Shown here piece after piece: positions 52,601 through 63,500 of a DNA stretch of 64,000 nt. The notes beneath the pieces were generated by a model that was given only the letters and a program-made list of their open reading frames with translations, had not been told where the DNA came from and did no database searches. Each line of letters starts with the position of its first letter. The first letter of the stretch is position 1. Source of the DNA: Oscillospiraceae bacterium (GTDB lineage Bacteria; Bacillota; Clostridia; Oscillospirales; Oscillospiraceae); the NCBI GenBank assembly GCA_015067465.1, contig SVMK01000002.1:175-64174 (forward strand). Direction: 5' to 3'. The translations under genes and the position numbers were made by a program.

Positions 52601-53209
52601 ATGAAACTTCAGCGCATACAAATCGAACAGCAGATGGTTCGCATAAAGATTGAGAGCCAGCGTGCGGCGCTGCGGATTCAGCAAGGCAAGCGGCAGATGG
52701 AGGTTCGGCGTGAACCCGGCAAACTGACGGTGGAGCGCCGCATGGGCAAGATCAACATTGACCAGTCGCCCATCAAAAACATCACCGCGCGCAAGGATCC
52801 GATGACGCTGCAGAAGGACTTTGCCGCGCAATCGTTTGCCGCGGCACGGCAGGGCACGCACGATATTGCCCGCAACGGCGATATGGTGGCGGAGGTTCCT
52901 TACGGTGACACCAGCCGCATCAGCGATCTGGCACGCATGAAGCTGATGAATCCGCCGAAGCCCGATCCGGGATTTGGCATGGTTCCGAAAACTCCGGTGC
53001 ACTTCGACGGCGACCCCGGCGAGCTGAGCATAGACTGGACGCCCCAGACCGTTGAGATCATTTGGGGTCAGGTTGCCCAGCCGACGTTTACGGTTGATCC
53101 GAAGCCTTCCGTTGAGGTTGAGGTTGTGCAGCGGGCGGACGTTCAGCTTTCGCTTGTGGAAATGTCTATCCCGGCCGAAACGGGACAGACCATTGATGTA
53201 AAGGTCTGA
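52601..53209 (+). CDS. conserved flagellar-locus hypothetical protein (DUF6470-like, tentative)
   Basis: 202 aa ORF between flgL and fliW. The N-terminus LQRIQIEQQMVRIKIESQRAALRIQQ is what I recall for the family usually found at this position in Clostridia. The assignment rests on memory only. Confidence 0.5.
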   Translation: MKLQRIQIEQQMVRIKIESQRAALRIQQGKRQMEVRREPGKLTVERRMGKINIDQSPIKNITARKDPMTLQKDFAAQSFAAARQGTHDIARNGDMVAEVPYGDTSRISDLARMKLMNPPKPDPGFGMVPKTPVHFDGDPGELSIDWTPQTVEIIWGQVAQPTFTVDPKPSVEVEVVQRADVQLSLVEMSIPAETGQTIDVKV

Positions 53210-53237
53210 AGAAAAACGAAAGAAGTGGGGAAAAACA

Positions 53238-53687
53238 ATGTTATTGAAAACAGCGCATTTTGGTGTGGTTGAATACGATGAGAGCAAAAAATTCATTTTC
53301 CCTGACGGCTTGCCCGGTCTGCCGGAAGATACGGAATTTGCGCTTCTCTCCCATGAGCAGAGCGAGCCGATCGTTTGGCTGCAGTCCATGATCAATCCGG
53401 AGATTGCGCTTCCCGTTCTCAACCCGTTCCTTGTCTGCCCGACTTACTCTTTCGACATCACGGACTCCGATGTGGAGCTGCTCAAGATCGATGATATTCA
53501 GGATGTGTTTATCATCAATGTCGTGGTAATTCCGCAGGACCCCAATGCAATGACAATCAACCTTGCCGCACCCATCATTGTGAACACCAAAAACAATCAT
53601 GGCAGACAGATTTTCCTGAACGACAAGGCCTACCATGTCAGAACCAGGATCAGCGATCTGCTCGACGAAATGAACAGCGGAGAATAA
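53238..53687 (+). CDS. fliW: flagellar assembly factor FliW
   Basis: FGVVEYDESKKFIFPDGLPGL, the following LLSHEQSEPIVWLQS segment and PFLVCPTYSFDI are typical of FliW. Confidence 0.9.
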   Translation: MLLKTAHFGVVEYDESKKFIFPDGLPGLPEDTEFALLSHEQSEPIVWLQSMINPEIALPVLNPFLVCPTYSFDITDSDVELLKIDDIQDVFIINVVVIPQDPNAMTINLAAPIIVNTKNNHGRQIFLNDKAYHVRTRISDLLDEMNSGE

Positions 53688-53690
53688 TCT

Positions 53691-53999
53691 ATGCTTGTTT
53701 TGACGAGAAAAGAGGGCGAAAGCCTGTATATTGACAACATTTTAGTTACCGTTGTCGGTATCGAAAACGATAAAGTGCGCATTGGTATCGATGCGCCGCG
53801 AAGCATGCACATTTTCCGTAAAGAGCTTCTCACCGAAACCTCTGCGGAAAACCGCAATGCCGCAGGATCGTTCTTCGGCGACAAAACTGCGATTGACGCG
53901 GTCAGCAGCGCGCAGATGCAGCCGATTCTCTCCGCGATCAAAAAGCAGGATAAGGGCAGAACCAAAGCGACGGATGCCGCCCCGGACAAGGCCGACTGA
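53691..53999 (+). CDS. csrA: carbon storage regulator CsrA with an extended C-terminus
   Basis: MLVLTRKEGESLYIDNILVTVVGIENDKVRIGIDAPRSMHIFRKEL is canonical CsrA. About 45 extra C-terminal residues follow (102 aa total). Confidence 0.92.
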   Translation: MLVLTRKEGESLYIDNILVTVVGIENDKVRIGIDAPRSMHIFRKELLTETSAENRNAAGSFFGDKTAIDAVSSAQMQPILSAIKKQDKGRTKATDAAPDKAD

Positions 54000-54031
54000 T
54001 GCTCCGCCGTGCTGCACAATGCATAATACAA

Positions 54032-54065
54032 ACGGACACCGCGAACCCGCGGCGTCCGTTTTTTG
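54032..54065 (+). terminator. rho-independent terminator ending the flagellar late operon
   Basis: ACGGACACCGCG-AACC-CGCGGCGTCCGT followed by TTTTTTG. Confidence 0.7.
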
Positions 54066-54236
54066 TTTGCAGAAGATGAACGGCGAACTGTGCTGCCGCA
54101 GGTGCGCACCCGCGCGGTTTTGCCCGGTGGGCTTGCGCCTGGGTTTGCCGGTTTGGCAGCGGGCGGGGAGCACCCGCAGCGCTTTATGCCACATTTTGCG
54201 GTTTTTTCGTCAAAATACACACTATATGATGCACGA

Positions 54237-54315
54237 TGTGAATATTATGCACCGGTTAATGAATATAATTCAATAAAAATGCAGAAACAAAACGGAAATT
54301 GTGAATATTTATACT
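54237..54315 (+). promoter_or_regulatory. three ARG-box-like operators (ArgR/AhrC type) upstream of argG
   Basis: TGTGAATATTATGCAC (about 54237-54254), TAATGAATATAATTCAAT (54257-54274) and ATTGTGAATATTTATACT (54298-54315). Compare the ARG-box core TGAAT-wwww-ATTCA. Confidence 0.5.
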
Positions 54316-54342
54316 TGACTTTCTGCAAAAATGATATATAAT
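54315..54342 (+). promoter_or_regulatory. sigma-A promoter of argG
   Basis: TTGACT (54315-54320), 16 nt spacer, TATAAT (54337-54342), 40 nt upstream of the argG ATG. Confidence 0.6.
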
Positions 54343-54382
54343 GAGTCCATAATTAAAATAACGAACCCGGAGGACATAAATT

Positions 54383-55603
54383 ATGAGCAAAGACAGCATC
54401 AAAAAAGTAGTACTCGCCTATTCCGGCGGTCTGGATACTTCCATCATCATCCCCTGGCTGAAGGAAAACTACAACAATCCCGAGATCATCGCCGTTTCCG
54501 GCAACGTTGGACAGGCTGACGAGCTGGAGGGTCTGGAAGAAAAGGCCATCAAGACTGGCGCTGCCAAGCTGTATATCGAGGACCTGACCGATGAGATGGT
54601 GGACGACGTTATCATCCCCTCCATGATGATGGGTGCATCTTACGAAGGCTACCTGCTGGGCACCGCGTTTGCCCGCCCCATCATTGCCAAGCGTCTGGTT
54701 GAGATCGCCAAGACCGAAGGCGCCGACGCCATCTGCCACGGCTGCACCGGCAAAGGTAACGACCAGGTTCGCTTTGAGCTGGCAATCAAGCGCTTCGCAC
54801 CCGAGATGAAGATTATTGCACCCTGGCGCGAGTGGGATATCAAGGGCCGCGACGAAGAGATCGACTATGCCGAGGCGCACAACGTGCCTCTGAAGATTTC
54901 CCGCGAGACCAACTACTCCAAGGACAAGAACCTGTGGCATCTCAGCCATGAGGGTCTGGATCTGGAAGATCCCGCAAACGAGCCGCAGTACGACAAGCCC
55001 GGCTTCCTGGAGATGAGCGTATCTCCCTTCAAGGCACCCGATGAGGCCACCTACGTCACGCTGGACTTTGAAAAGGGCTGGCCCGTTGCCATCGACGGCG
55101 AGAAGATGAAAGCTTCCGACATTATCCGCAAGCTCAACGAGCTGGGCGGCGCCAACGGCATCGGCCTGCTGGATATCGTGGAAAACCGTCTGGTTGGTAT
55201 GAAGGACCGCGGCGTTTACGAAACCCCGGGCGGCACCATCCTCTACCGTGCCCACGAAGTGCTGGAAATGATTACTCTGGACAAGGACACCAAGCACATG
55301 AAGACCAAGCTGGCGGTTGACTTCGCCGACCTGATCTACAACGGCAAGTGGTTCACCCCCCTGCGCGAGGCGCTGCAGGCCTTCGCGGTGGACACCCAGA
55401 AGTATGTCACCGGCACCGTGAAGCTGAAGCTCTACAAGGGCAATATCATCACCTCTTCCGTCACCTCTCCCTGCACGCTGTATTCCGAGAATCTGGTCAC
55501 TTTCGAGGAGAGCGACTACGATCAGAAGGATTCTCAGGGCTTCATCAACCTGTGGGGCCTGCCCGACAAGGTTCAGGCACTGAGAGAGCAGGGCAAGCTC
55601 TAA
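54383..55603 (+). CDS. argG: argininosuccinate synthase
   Basis: [12 protein letters not shown] (ATP pyrophosphatase motif). The 406 aa protein is collinear with ArgG throughout. Confidence 0.95.
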   Translation: MSKDSIKKVVLAYSGGLDTSIIIPWLKENYNNPEIIAVSGNVGQADELEGLEEKAIKTGAAKLYIEDLTDEMVDDVIIPSMMMGASYEGYLLGTAFARPIIAKRLVEIAKTEGADAICHGCTGKGNDQVRFELAIKRFAPEMKIIAPWREWDIKGRDEEIDYAEAHNVPLKISRETNYSKDKNLWHLSHEGLDLEDPANEPQYDKPGFLEMSVSPFKAPDEATYVTLDFEKGWPVAIDGEKMKASDIIRKLNELGGANGIGLLDIVENRLVGMKDRGVYETPGGTILYRAHEVLEMITLDKDTKHMKTKLAVDFADLIYNGKWFTPLREALQAFAVDTQKYVTGTVKLKLYKGNIITSSVTSPCTLYSENLVTFEESDYDQKDSQGFINLWGLPDKVQALREQGKL

Positions 55604-55661
55604 GCCGAAAAAAACGGCGCGGCGCACCGCAAACAGTTACCGCCGCATTTCCGGGAACACC

Positions 55662-55707
55662 GCAGCGGCACAGCATAATGTGCCGCTGCCTTAAAAAAGC
55701 TTTTTTC
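55662..55707 (+). terminator. stem-loop/terminator between argG and argH
   Basis: GCAGCGGCAC-8 nt loop-GTGCCGCTGC (10 bp), followed by CTTAAAAAAGCTTTTTT. Confidence 0.45.
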
Positions 55708-55823
55708 CGCCACGCACCAGCCGCGGCGGAAAATGCTTTATTTTCGCCGGTGTGTTGCCTGACCGCGGCGGAGGATTTACAAAAGTTAAATCCCGATTTT
55801 CAAGAAAAGGGAGTTTTTTCAAC

Positions 55824-57197
55824 ATGGCAAAAATGTGGGCCGGACGCACTTCCGGCGATATCGACAATATTGCGGACGACTTCAATTCTTCCATCCGCTT
55901 TGACAGCCGCATGTACCGCGAGGACATCACGGGCAGCATGGCGCATGCAGCCATGCTCGGCGCAAAAAACATCATCACCCCCGCCGAGGCCGACACCCTG
56001 ATCGACGGGCTGCAGGGGATTCTGGACGATCTCAGCAGCGGCGCGCTGCAGATCGACCCCACCAGCGAGGACATCCATATGTTCGTTGAGCAGAAGCTCA
56101 CCGAGCGCCTTGGCGATGTTGGCAAAAAGCTGCACACCGCACGCTCCCGTAACGACCAGGTGGCGCTGGATCTGCGCATGTATCTGCGCGGCCAGATTGA
56201 GGAGATCTCCGGCCTGGTGCGCGAACTGCTCACGGCGCTGGCCGATAAAGCGGAGGCGCACAAGACCACCATCATGCCGGGCTACACCCACCTGCAGCGT
56301 GCCCAGCCCATCACCTTCGGTCATCACCTGATGGCTTACGCCATGATGCTGCTGCGTGATCTGGACCGTCTGGCTGACTGCAACGACCGCATGGACAGCT
56401 GCCCGATCGGCTGCTGCGCCCTTGCCGGCACAACCTACAACACCGACCGCAAGTTTGAAGCCAAGCAGCTCGGCTTTTCCAAAATTGCGCTGAACAGTCT
56501 CGACGGCGTTTCCGACCGTGATTTCTGTCTGGAACTGCTGAGCGCACTGTCCATCCTGATGATGCATCTGAGCCGTTTCTCCGAAGAGCTGATCCTCTGG
56601 AGCAGCTGGGAGTTCAAGTTTGTTGAAATTTCCGACAGCTACACCACCGGCTCTTCCATCATGCCGCAGAAGAAGAACCCCGACATGGTGGAGCTTGTCC
56701 GCGGCAAAACCGGCCGCGTTTACGGCGACCTGATGGCGATGCTGACGATGCTCAAGGGCATTCCCCTGGCCTACAACAAGGACATGCAGGAGGACAAGGA
56801 AGCCATCTTCGATGCGTGCGACACCGTGAAGATGTGTCTGAGCGTGTTTGCACCCATGATTTCCACTATGACGGTGCGCACGGGCAACATGCGCCGTGCC
56901 GCACAGGAAGGCTTTATCAACGCAACCGACCTTGCCGACTATCTTGTGCGCAAGGGTATGCCGTTCCGCACCGCTTACAAGATTTCCGGACAGATTGTCA
57001 GCAAATGCATCACCGAGGGCTATGTTCTCGAAACGCTGCCTTTGGCGGATTACAAGAGCTTCAGCGAGGAATTCGCCGCGGACGTTTACAAGGCGATCGA
57101 CCTGCAAACCTGCGTGAAAAAGCGCATCAGCGCCGGCGGCCCGTCCCAGAAATCCGTTGAATCTCAGATTACTTACGTCAGAAGCAAACTGAAATAA
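55824..57197 (+). CDS. argH: argininosuccinate lyase
   Basis: MWAGRTSG at the N-terminus, HTARSRNDQV, and the fumarate-lyase signature GSSIMPQKKNPD. Start re-set from 55752 to the ATG at 55824. Confidence 0.95.
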   Translation: MAKMWAGRTSGDIDNIADDFNSSIRFDSRMYREDITGSMAHAAMLGAKNIITPAEADTLIDGLQGILDDLSSGALQIDPTSEDIHMFVEQKLTERLGDVGKKLHTARSRNDQVALDLRMYLRGQIEEISGLVRELLTALADKAEAHKTTIMPGYTHLQRAQPITFGHHLMAYAMMLLRDLDRLADCNDRMDSCPIGCCALAGTTYNTDRKFEAKQLGFSKIALNSLDGVSDRDFCLELLSALSILMMHLSRFSEELILWSSWEFKFVEISDSYTTGSSIMPQKKNPDMVELVRGKTGRVYGDLMAMLTMLKGIPLAYNKDMQEDKEAIFDACDTVKMCLSVFAPMISTMTVRTGNMRRAAQEGFINATDLADYLVRKGMPFRTAYKISGQIVSKCITEGYVLETLPLADYKSFSEEFAADVYKAIDLQTCVKKRISAGGPSQKSVESQITYVRSKLK

Positions 57198-57225
57198 CTT
57201 TATTGAATATAAGGAGAAACAAACA

Positions 57226-58017
57226 ATGAAAAAGCTTATGAAGATCACCTGCCTGGTTCTGGCAGTTGCAATGATGGTGCTCTGCTTCGCCGGCTGCGGC
57301 AACAAGGGCAAAACCGTGAAGGACCTGCAGAAGGCCGGCGAACTGGTGATTGCCACCAGCCCGGACTTTCCTCCCTTTGAAGAACTGCAGGCCGACGGCA
57401 GCGTTGTCGGCATTGAGATCGACATCCTCAACATGATCTGCGACAAGCTCGGCGTTAAGCTGAAGATCGAGCAGATGGACTTTGACTCCGTTGTTCCCGG
57501 CATCCAGGCCGGCAAGTTTGATATGGGCGTTTCTGGCATCTCCGTCACGCCCGAGCGCCAGAAGAACGTTCTGTTCACGGACGCTTACTGCCTGGCAGCC
57601 CAGGCCATCGTTGTCACCGCCGACAGCGACATCACCTGCAAGGCCGATCTGGCCGGCAAGAAGGTTTCCGTTCAGTCCGGCACCACTGCCGAGCAGTTTT
57701 GCATGGCAGAGGGCTATCAGGTGAACTCCTACGCGGCAAACAGCGACGCAGAGATGGCTGTTTTGACCGACAAGGTTGATGCATGGGTTATCGACGACCT
57801 GACCGCAGCAGAGATGGTGAAGGCTTACAACGCAGAGCATCCCGGCGCACTCGTGATTCTGGGCGAAGCCATGACCACCGAGCCCTACGCTTTCGCTATG
57901 CCTTTCGGCTATGAAGAAGTTGTTGCCGAGATCAACGGCATCCTCAGGGAACTGGTTGCAGACGGCACCGTTGCCGCAACCTTCGAGAAGTTTGACGCGC
58001 CCTACACTGCACCCTGA
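57226..58017 (+). CDS. polar amino-acid ABC transporter substrate-binding lipoprotein
   Basis: Signal peptide plus lipobox (LCFAGCGN). The family-3 SBP pattern is present (LVIATSPDFPPFE, FDMGVSGISVTPER). Confidence 0.9.
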   Translation: MKKLMKITCLVLAVAMMVLCFAGCGNKGKTVKDLQKAGELVIATSPDFPPFEELQADGSVVGIEIDILNMICDKLGVKLKIEQMDFDSVVPGIQAGKFDMGVSGISVTPERQKNVLFTDAYCLAAQAIVVTADSDITCKADLAGKKVSVQSGTTAEQFCMAEGYQVNSYAANSDAEMAVLTDKVDAWVIDDLTAAEMVKAYNAEHPGALVILGEAMTTEPYAFAMPFGYEEVVAEINGILRELVADGTVAATFEKFDAPYTAP

Positions 58018-58053
58018 GTACAGATATTTCCCTGACAGAGAGGAGGCCTGACC

Positions 58054-58740
58054 GTGGGGGCCTGGCTTGCAAAATATTATGAAACCATCATCGGCTCCGG
58101 CTACTACACGATGCTGATCGACGGTTTGAAAACCACCATTGTCATCACGATCGGCGCGCTGGTGATCGGTGTTGCGATCGGTGCGCTGATTGCGGCAATC
58201 AAATATTTCGCGGAAGATACGCCTGTGCTCAAGCCGCTGGTGTGGATCTGCGACGTGTATGTCACGGTGATTCGCGGCATTCCCGTGGTTGTGCTTCTGC
58301 TGGTGTTTTATTTCATCATCCTCAAGTCCTCCGAGGGCACCGTTGTCGGCATCATCACATTCGGCATCAACTCCGGCGCCTATATGGCAGAACTGATCCG
58401 CAGCGGCATCGGCGCGGTGGACAGCGGCCAGATGGAAGCCGGACGCAGCCTTGGCATGAGCAAGCTGCAGGCGATGCGCGTTGTTGTTTTGCCGCAGGCT
58501 GTTCGCTATATTCTCCCCGCTGTCGGCAATGAATTGATCGCGCTGCTGAAGGAAACCGCCGTTGCAGGCTATGTGGCGGTTGTTGACCTCACCCGTGCGG
58601 GCAATCTGATCCGAAACAACACCTACGACGCGGTGAATCCGCTGCTGACCATTGCCCTGACATATCTTGCCATGGTGGTGATCCTCACATGGGTTCTCGG
58701 GAAGTTTGAAAGGAAGTTGGCCAAGAGTGATAAGCGTTAA
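58054..58740 (+). CDS. polar amino-acid ABC transporter permease
   Basis: 228 aa polytopic protein with the EAA-type loop [23 protein letters not shown]. Confidence 0.9.
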   Translation: MGAWLAKYYETIIGSGYYTMLIDGLKTTIVITIGALVIGVAIGALIAAIKYFAEDTPVLKPLVWICDVYVTVIRGIPVVVLLLVFYFIILKSSEGTVVGIITFGINSGAYMAELIRSGIGAVDSGQMEAGRSLGMSKLQAMRVVVLPQAVRYILPAVGNELIALLKETAVAGYVAVVDLTRAGNLIRNNTYDAVNPLLTIALTYLAMVVILTWVLGKFERKLAKSDKR

Positions 58741-59449
58741 ACACCTGAAAAAGAGCTTCAAGGATATTGAAGTCCTCAAGGGAATCGACCTTGAGATCAA
58801 TAAGGGCGACGTCATCTGCATCATCGGCCCTTCCGGCGGCGGCAAGAGCACCCTGCTGCGCTGCCTCAATCTTCTGGAAAAGCCCACCGGCGGCAGCATT
58901 ATTTTTGACGGCAATGAGCTGACCGATAAAAAGACGGACCTGAATCTCCACCGTCAGAAAATGGGCATGGTGTTTCAGCAGTTTAACCTGTTTCCACACA
59001 TGACGGTGCTGGATAATCTGACCTGCGCCCCCATGATGCTCAAGAAAATTCCAAAAGCCCAGGCCGAGAGCAAGGCAATGGAACTGCTGGCCCGCGTTGG
59101 CCTGGCTGACCGTGCCGCGGCGTATCCGAACCAGCTCTCCGGCGGCCAGAAGCAGCGCGTTGCCATCGTGCGCGCATTGTGCATGGAGCCGGAAGTGATG
59201 CTCTTTGACGAACCCACCAGCGCGCTTGACCCCGAAATGGTCGGCGAGGTGCTGGATGTTATGAAAGAGCTGGCGGCCGAGGGCATGACCATGGTGGTCG
59301 TGACACATGAGATGGGCTTTGCCCGCGAAGTGAGCAACCGCATCTTGTTTCTCGACGGCGGCTGCATCATGGACGAAGGCACGCCCGGCGAGATTTTTGA
59401 CGCGCCGCAAAGCGAACGGCTGCAGTCTTTCCTCGCCAAAGTACTTTGA
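58727..59449 (+). CDS. polar amino-acid ABC transporter ATP-binding protein
   Basis: Walker [10 protein letters not shown], signature LSGGQKQR, Walker [15 protein letters not shown] start at 58727 overlapping the permease stop. The track start at 58706 is over-extended. Confidence 0.92.
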   Translation: MISVKHLKKSFKDIEVLKGIDLEINKGDVICIIGPSGGGKSTLLRCLNLLEKPTGGSIIFDGNELTDKKTDLNLHRQKMGMVFQQFNLFPHMTVLDNLTCAPMMLKKIPKAQAESKAMELLARVGLADRAAAYPNQLSGGQKQRVAIVRALCMEPEVMLFDEPTSALDPEMVGEVLDVMKELAAEGMTMVVVTHEMGFAREVSNRILFLDGGCIMDEGTPGEIFDAPQSERLQSFLAKVL

Positions 59450-59467
59450 AAGGGGAACTCCGAACCA

Positions 59468-60454
59468 ATGGAAAACCTGAAAGGAAGAAATTTTCTGAAG
59501 CTGCTGGATTTTACGCCGGCAGAGATCTGCTCCCTGCTGGAGCTTGCCGCCGATCTGAAGGCAAAGAAAAAGGCCGGCATCCCGCACAGACTCTATGAGG
59601 GAAAGAATATCGCGCTGATTTTTGAAAAAACCTCCACCCGCACGCGCTGCAGCTTTGAAGTTGCCGCAGCGGACCTGGGCATGCATCCGGTGTATCTCGA
59701 TCCCAAGGGCAGCCAGATCGGCAAGAAGGAGTCCATTGCGGACACCGCGCGCGTTCTCGGCAGAATGTTCGACGGCATCGAATACCGCGGCTACGGCCAG
59801 GAAATTGTTGAAGATCTGGCAAAATACGCCGGTGTTCGCGTCTGGAACGGCCTGACCAACGAATTCCACCCCACGCAGATTCTGGCCGACTTCCTCACCA
59901 TTCAGGAGCATTTCGGCAAGCTGAGCGGCATCAAGCTCGTTTACATGGGCGATGCGCGCTACAATATGGGCAACAGCCTGATGGTTGGCTGCGCGAAGAT
60001 GGGAATGCACTTTGTTGCCTGCGCGCCGGAGAAATATTTCCCCGACCGCGCGCTGATTGCGCAGTGCCGTGACATTGCGAAGGAAACCGGCGCGGTGCTT
60101 GAATTCATCACCGATCCGATGGAAGCCACCAAAAATGCCCACGTGATCTACACGGATGTTTGGGTGAGCATGGGCGAGCCGGATGAGGTTTGGAAAGAGC
60201 GCATCGACGATCTGATGCCTTATCAGGTGAACAAAAAGCTGATGGACAACGCGGGCGAACAGTGCCGCTTTATGCATTGCCTGCCCGCATTCCACGATCT
60301 GAAAACCGAAACCGGCAAGCTGATTTACGACAAATTCGGCATTGACTGCATGGAGGTTACGGACGAAGTTTTTGAAAGCGCGCAGTCTATCGTTTTTGAC
60401 GAGGCGGAAAACCGCATGCATACAATTAAAGCTGTGATGGCAGCAACCTTATAA
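59468..60454 (+). CDS. argF: ornithine carbamoyltransferase
   Basis: [13 protein letters not shown] (carbamoyl-phosphate site), the HPTQ motif and HCLPAFH (ornithine site). Confidence 0.93.
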   Translation: MENLKGRNFLKLLDFTPAEICSLLELAADLKAKKKAGIPHRLYEGKNIALIFEKTSTRTRCSFEVAAADLGMHPVYLDPKGSQIGKKESIADTARVLGRMFDGIEYRGYGQEIVEDLAKYAGVRVWNGLTNEFHPTQILADFLTIQEHFGKLSGIKLVYMGDARYNMGNSLMVGCAKMGMHFVACAPEKYFPDRALIAQCRDIAKETGAVLEFITDPMEATKNAHVIYTDVWVSMGEPDEVWKERIDDLMPYQVNKKLMDNAGEQCRFMHCLPAFHDLKTETGKLIYDKFGIDCMEVTDEVFESAQSIVFDEAENRMHTIKAVMAATL

Positions 60455-60470
60455 AAAGACACCACAAGAT

Positions 60471-60501
60471 TGCGGCCCTTCACCGGGCCGCATATTTTTT
60501 T
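60471..60501 (+). terminator. rho-independent terminator after argF
   Basis: TGCGGCCC-TTCACC-GGGCCGCA followed by TATTTTTTTT. It lies 15 nt upstream of the carB ATG. Confidence 0.6.
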
Positions 60502-60515
60502 GGGGAGGCAACAGT

Positions 60516-63500
60516 ATGCCCAGAGATAAAAGCATTAAAAAAGTTCTTGTGATCGGGTCCGGTCCGATTGTGATCGGTCAGGCAGCGGAATTTGACTATG
60601 CCGGCGCGCAGGCGTGCCGCGTGCTCCGCGAGGAAGGCATCAACACCGTTTTGGTCAATTCCAACCCCGCAACCATTATGACCGACAAAGTGATGGCGGA
60701 CGCGATATACCTCGAGCCGCTCAATGCGGAAACCGTCAGCCGCATTCTGGAAAAGGAACAGCCGGACGGATTGCTTGCCGGCCTTGGCGGACAGACGGGA
60801 TTGACCATTGCCATGCAGCTGAGCATGGACGGCACGCTTGACCGCCTTGGCGTGAAACTGCTCGGCACGGACATTACAGCCATTGACAAGGCGGAGGACA
60901 GAGAGCTGTTTCGCGACACGATGCGCAGCATCGGCCAGCCCTGTGTTCCCTCGGAAATTGCCACCACGGTGGAATCGGCTGTAGAGATCGCTGCGGCGAT
61001 CGGCTATCCGATCATTGTGCGCCCGGCCTTCACACTCGGCGGCAGCGGCGGCGGCATTGCCGAAACGGAGGAAGAACTGCGCCAGATTGCGAAAACCGGT
61101 CTGGATATGTCGCCCATCACGCAGATTCTGGTTGAAAAATGCATTTCCGGTTGGAAAGAGATCGAATTTGAAACCATGCGCGACAGCAGCGGCTGCGCCG
61201 TTTCGGTGTGCTCGATGGAGAATATCGACCCCGTCGGCGTGCACACGGGCGACAGCATCGTTGCCGCACCCGCACTGACGCTGACAGAGCGCGAGTTTGA
61301 CATGCTGCGCCGCGCGGCGCTGGATATTGTCGGCGCAATCGGCATCATCGGCGGCTGCAACTGCCAGTTTGCCCTCAAGCCGGACGGCAGCGAGTATGCG
61401 GTGATTGAGGTGAATCCCCGCGTGTCGCGCTCGTCAGCGCTCGCCAGCAAGGCAACGGGTTATCCCATCGCCAAGATCACCACGAAAATGGCGCTGGGCT
61501 ACACGCTCGACGAAATTCGCAATGAGCGCACAGGCGCGTCCCTTGCGGGCTTTGAGCCAGCGGTTGACTATATTGTGGTAAAATTCCCGAAATGGCCGTT
61601 TGACAAATTCGCCGGTTCCAACCGCCGTCTGGGCACGCAGATGAAAGCCACGGGCGAGGTGATGGCCATTGCGCCGAGCTTTGAGATGGCGCTGATGAAG
61701 GCCGTGCGCGGTGCAGAGATCGGGCTGGACACGCTCAATGCCGCCCCACTGAGTGATGCGGATGTGCGCGAGCGCCTTGCCGCGCAGGACGACAGACGCA
61801 TCTTCACGGTGTATGAGGCGCTGAAAAGCGGCGTATCCGTTGCGGAGATTTACGACATCACGAAAATCACGCCGTGGTTTTTGGAAAAGCTGCAAAACCT
61901 TGCCGACGCGGAAGCTGCGCTGGCTGCGGGGCTCACGCCCGAACGCTATGCCGCGGCAAAGGCGCTGGGCTACACGGATGCAGCCATCCGCCGCATCAGC
62001 GGCAGCGAAACGCTGCCCGGCAAGCCGTTCAGCTTCAAAATTGTTGAAACCTGTGCCGCCGTGTTCGGCACGGACAGACCGTATTTTTATTCCGATTGCA
62101 GCGATGTTTGCCAGTCCCGCAGCTTTGTCCGCAGCGGAAAGCCGGTTATCATGGTTTTGGGCAGCGGTCCGATCCGCATCGGTCAGGGCATTGAGTTTGA
62201 CTATTCCTCCGTCCACTGCGTATGGACGCTGCGCGAGCAGGGCTACGATGTTGTCATTGTGAACAACAACCCCGAAACCGTGTCCACCGACTACGACACG
62301 GCGGACCGCCTTTACTTCGAGCCGCTCACGCCCGAAGATGTGATGAATGTGATTGCCGTGGAAAAGCCCGTGGGCGTTGTGGTGGCTTTCGGCGGACAAA
62401 CCGCCATCAAGCTGACGCAGTTTCTCGACAGCAACGGCGTGCGGATCCTTGGCACCAGCGCCGAGAGCATCGACATGGCGGAAGACCGCGCGCGGTTTGA
62501 TGCGCTGCTTGAGCGCTTTGGGTTCTGCCGTCCGAAGGGCATGGGCGTTACCGGTGTGGATGAGGCGATTGCGGCGGCAAACACGCTGGGTTATCCTGTT
62601 TTGCTGCGTCCGAGCTACGTCATCGGCGGTCAGAATATGACCATCTCGCGCAGCGAGGAACACACCCGCCGCTATATGCAAACCATCCTCTCCGGCGGCA
62701 TCGACAACCCCGTGCTGGTGGATAAATACATGCCCGGCGTGGAGCTGGAGGTGGACGTCATCTCCGACGGGCGCGATGTGCTGATCCCCGGCGTAATGGA
62801 GCATATTGAGCGCGCAGGTGTTCATTCCGGTGACTCCATCGCCGTCTATCCGCCCTACAACCTTTCCGACCATTTCCTGAAAAAGATCACCGAGGTTTCC
62901 GAAAAGCTGGCGCTCGCTCTTGGAACGCGCGGTTTGGTAAACATTCAGTATCTCATCTACGAAAACGAGCTCTATGTGATTGAGGTGAACCCCCGCGCGT
63001 CGCGCACTGTGCCGTATATCAGCAAGGTGACCGGCGTGCCGATGGTGGATCTGGCCAGCCGCGTGATGCTGGGCGAGAATCTGATCGACCTCGGCTACGG
63101 CACGGGACTGTATCGCACGCCGCCTTACTGCGCGGTGAAAGTGCCGGTGTTTTCCTTCGAAAAGCTCAACGACGCAAACGCTATCCTCGGCCCGGAAATG
63201 AAGTCCACGGGCGAGGTGCTCGGCCTTGGCAAAACCGTTGCGGAAGCGCTCTTCAAGGGCCTGACCGCCGCCGGATTCAAGGTGCCGGGCAAGGGCGAAC
63301 GGGTTGGTGCACTGCTTTCCGTTGAGGAAAACGACTATCAGGAGATTCTTTCGCTGGCAAAGCGTTTTTACGATCTTGGCATCTGCCTTTACGCCACGGC
63401 GGGAACGGCGGAAACCATTGCCTCGCTGGGTATCCCCGTCAGCGCCGTTGCCAACGCAACCGAGAGCGGCGAGATTATTCGTCTGATGGAGAGCGGCGCG

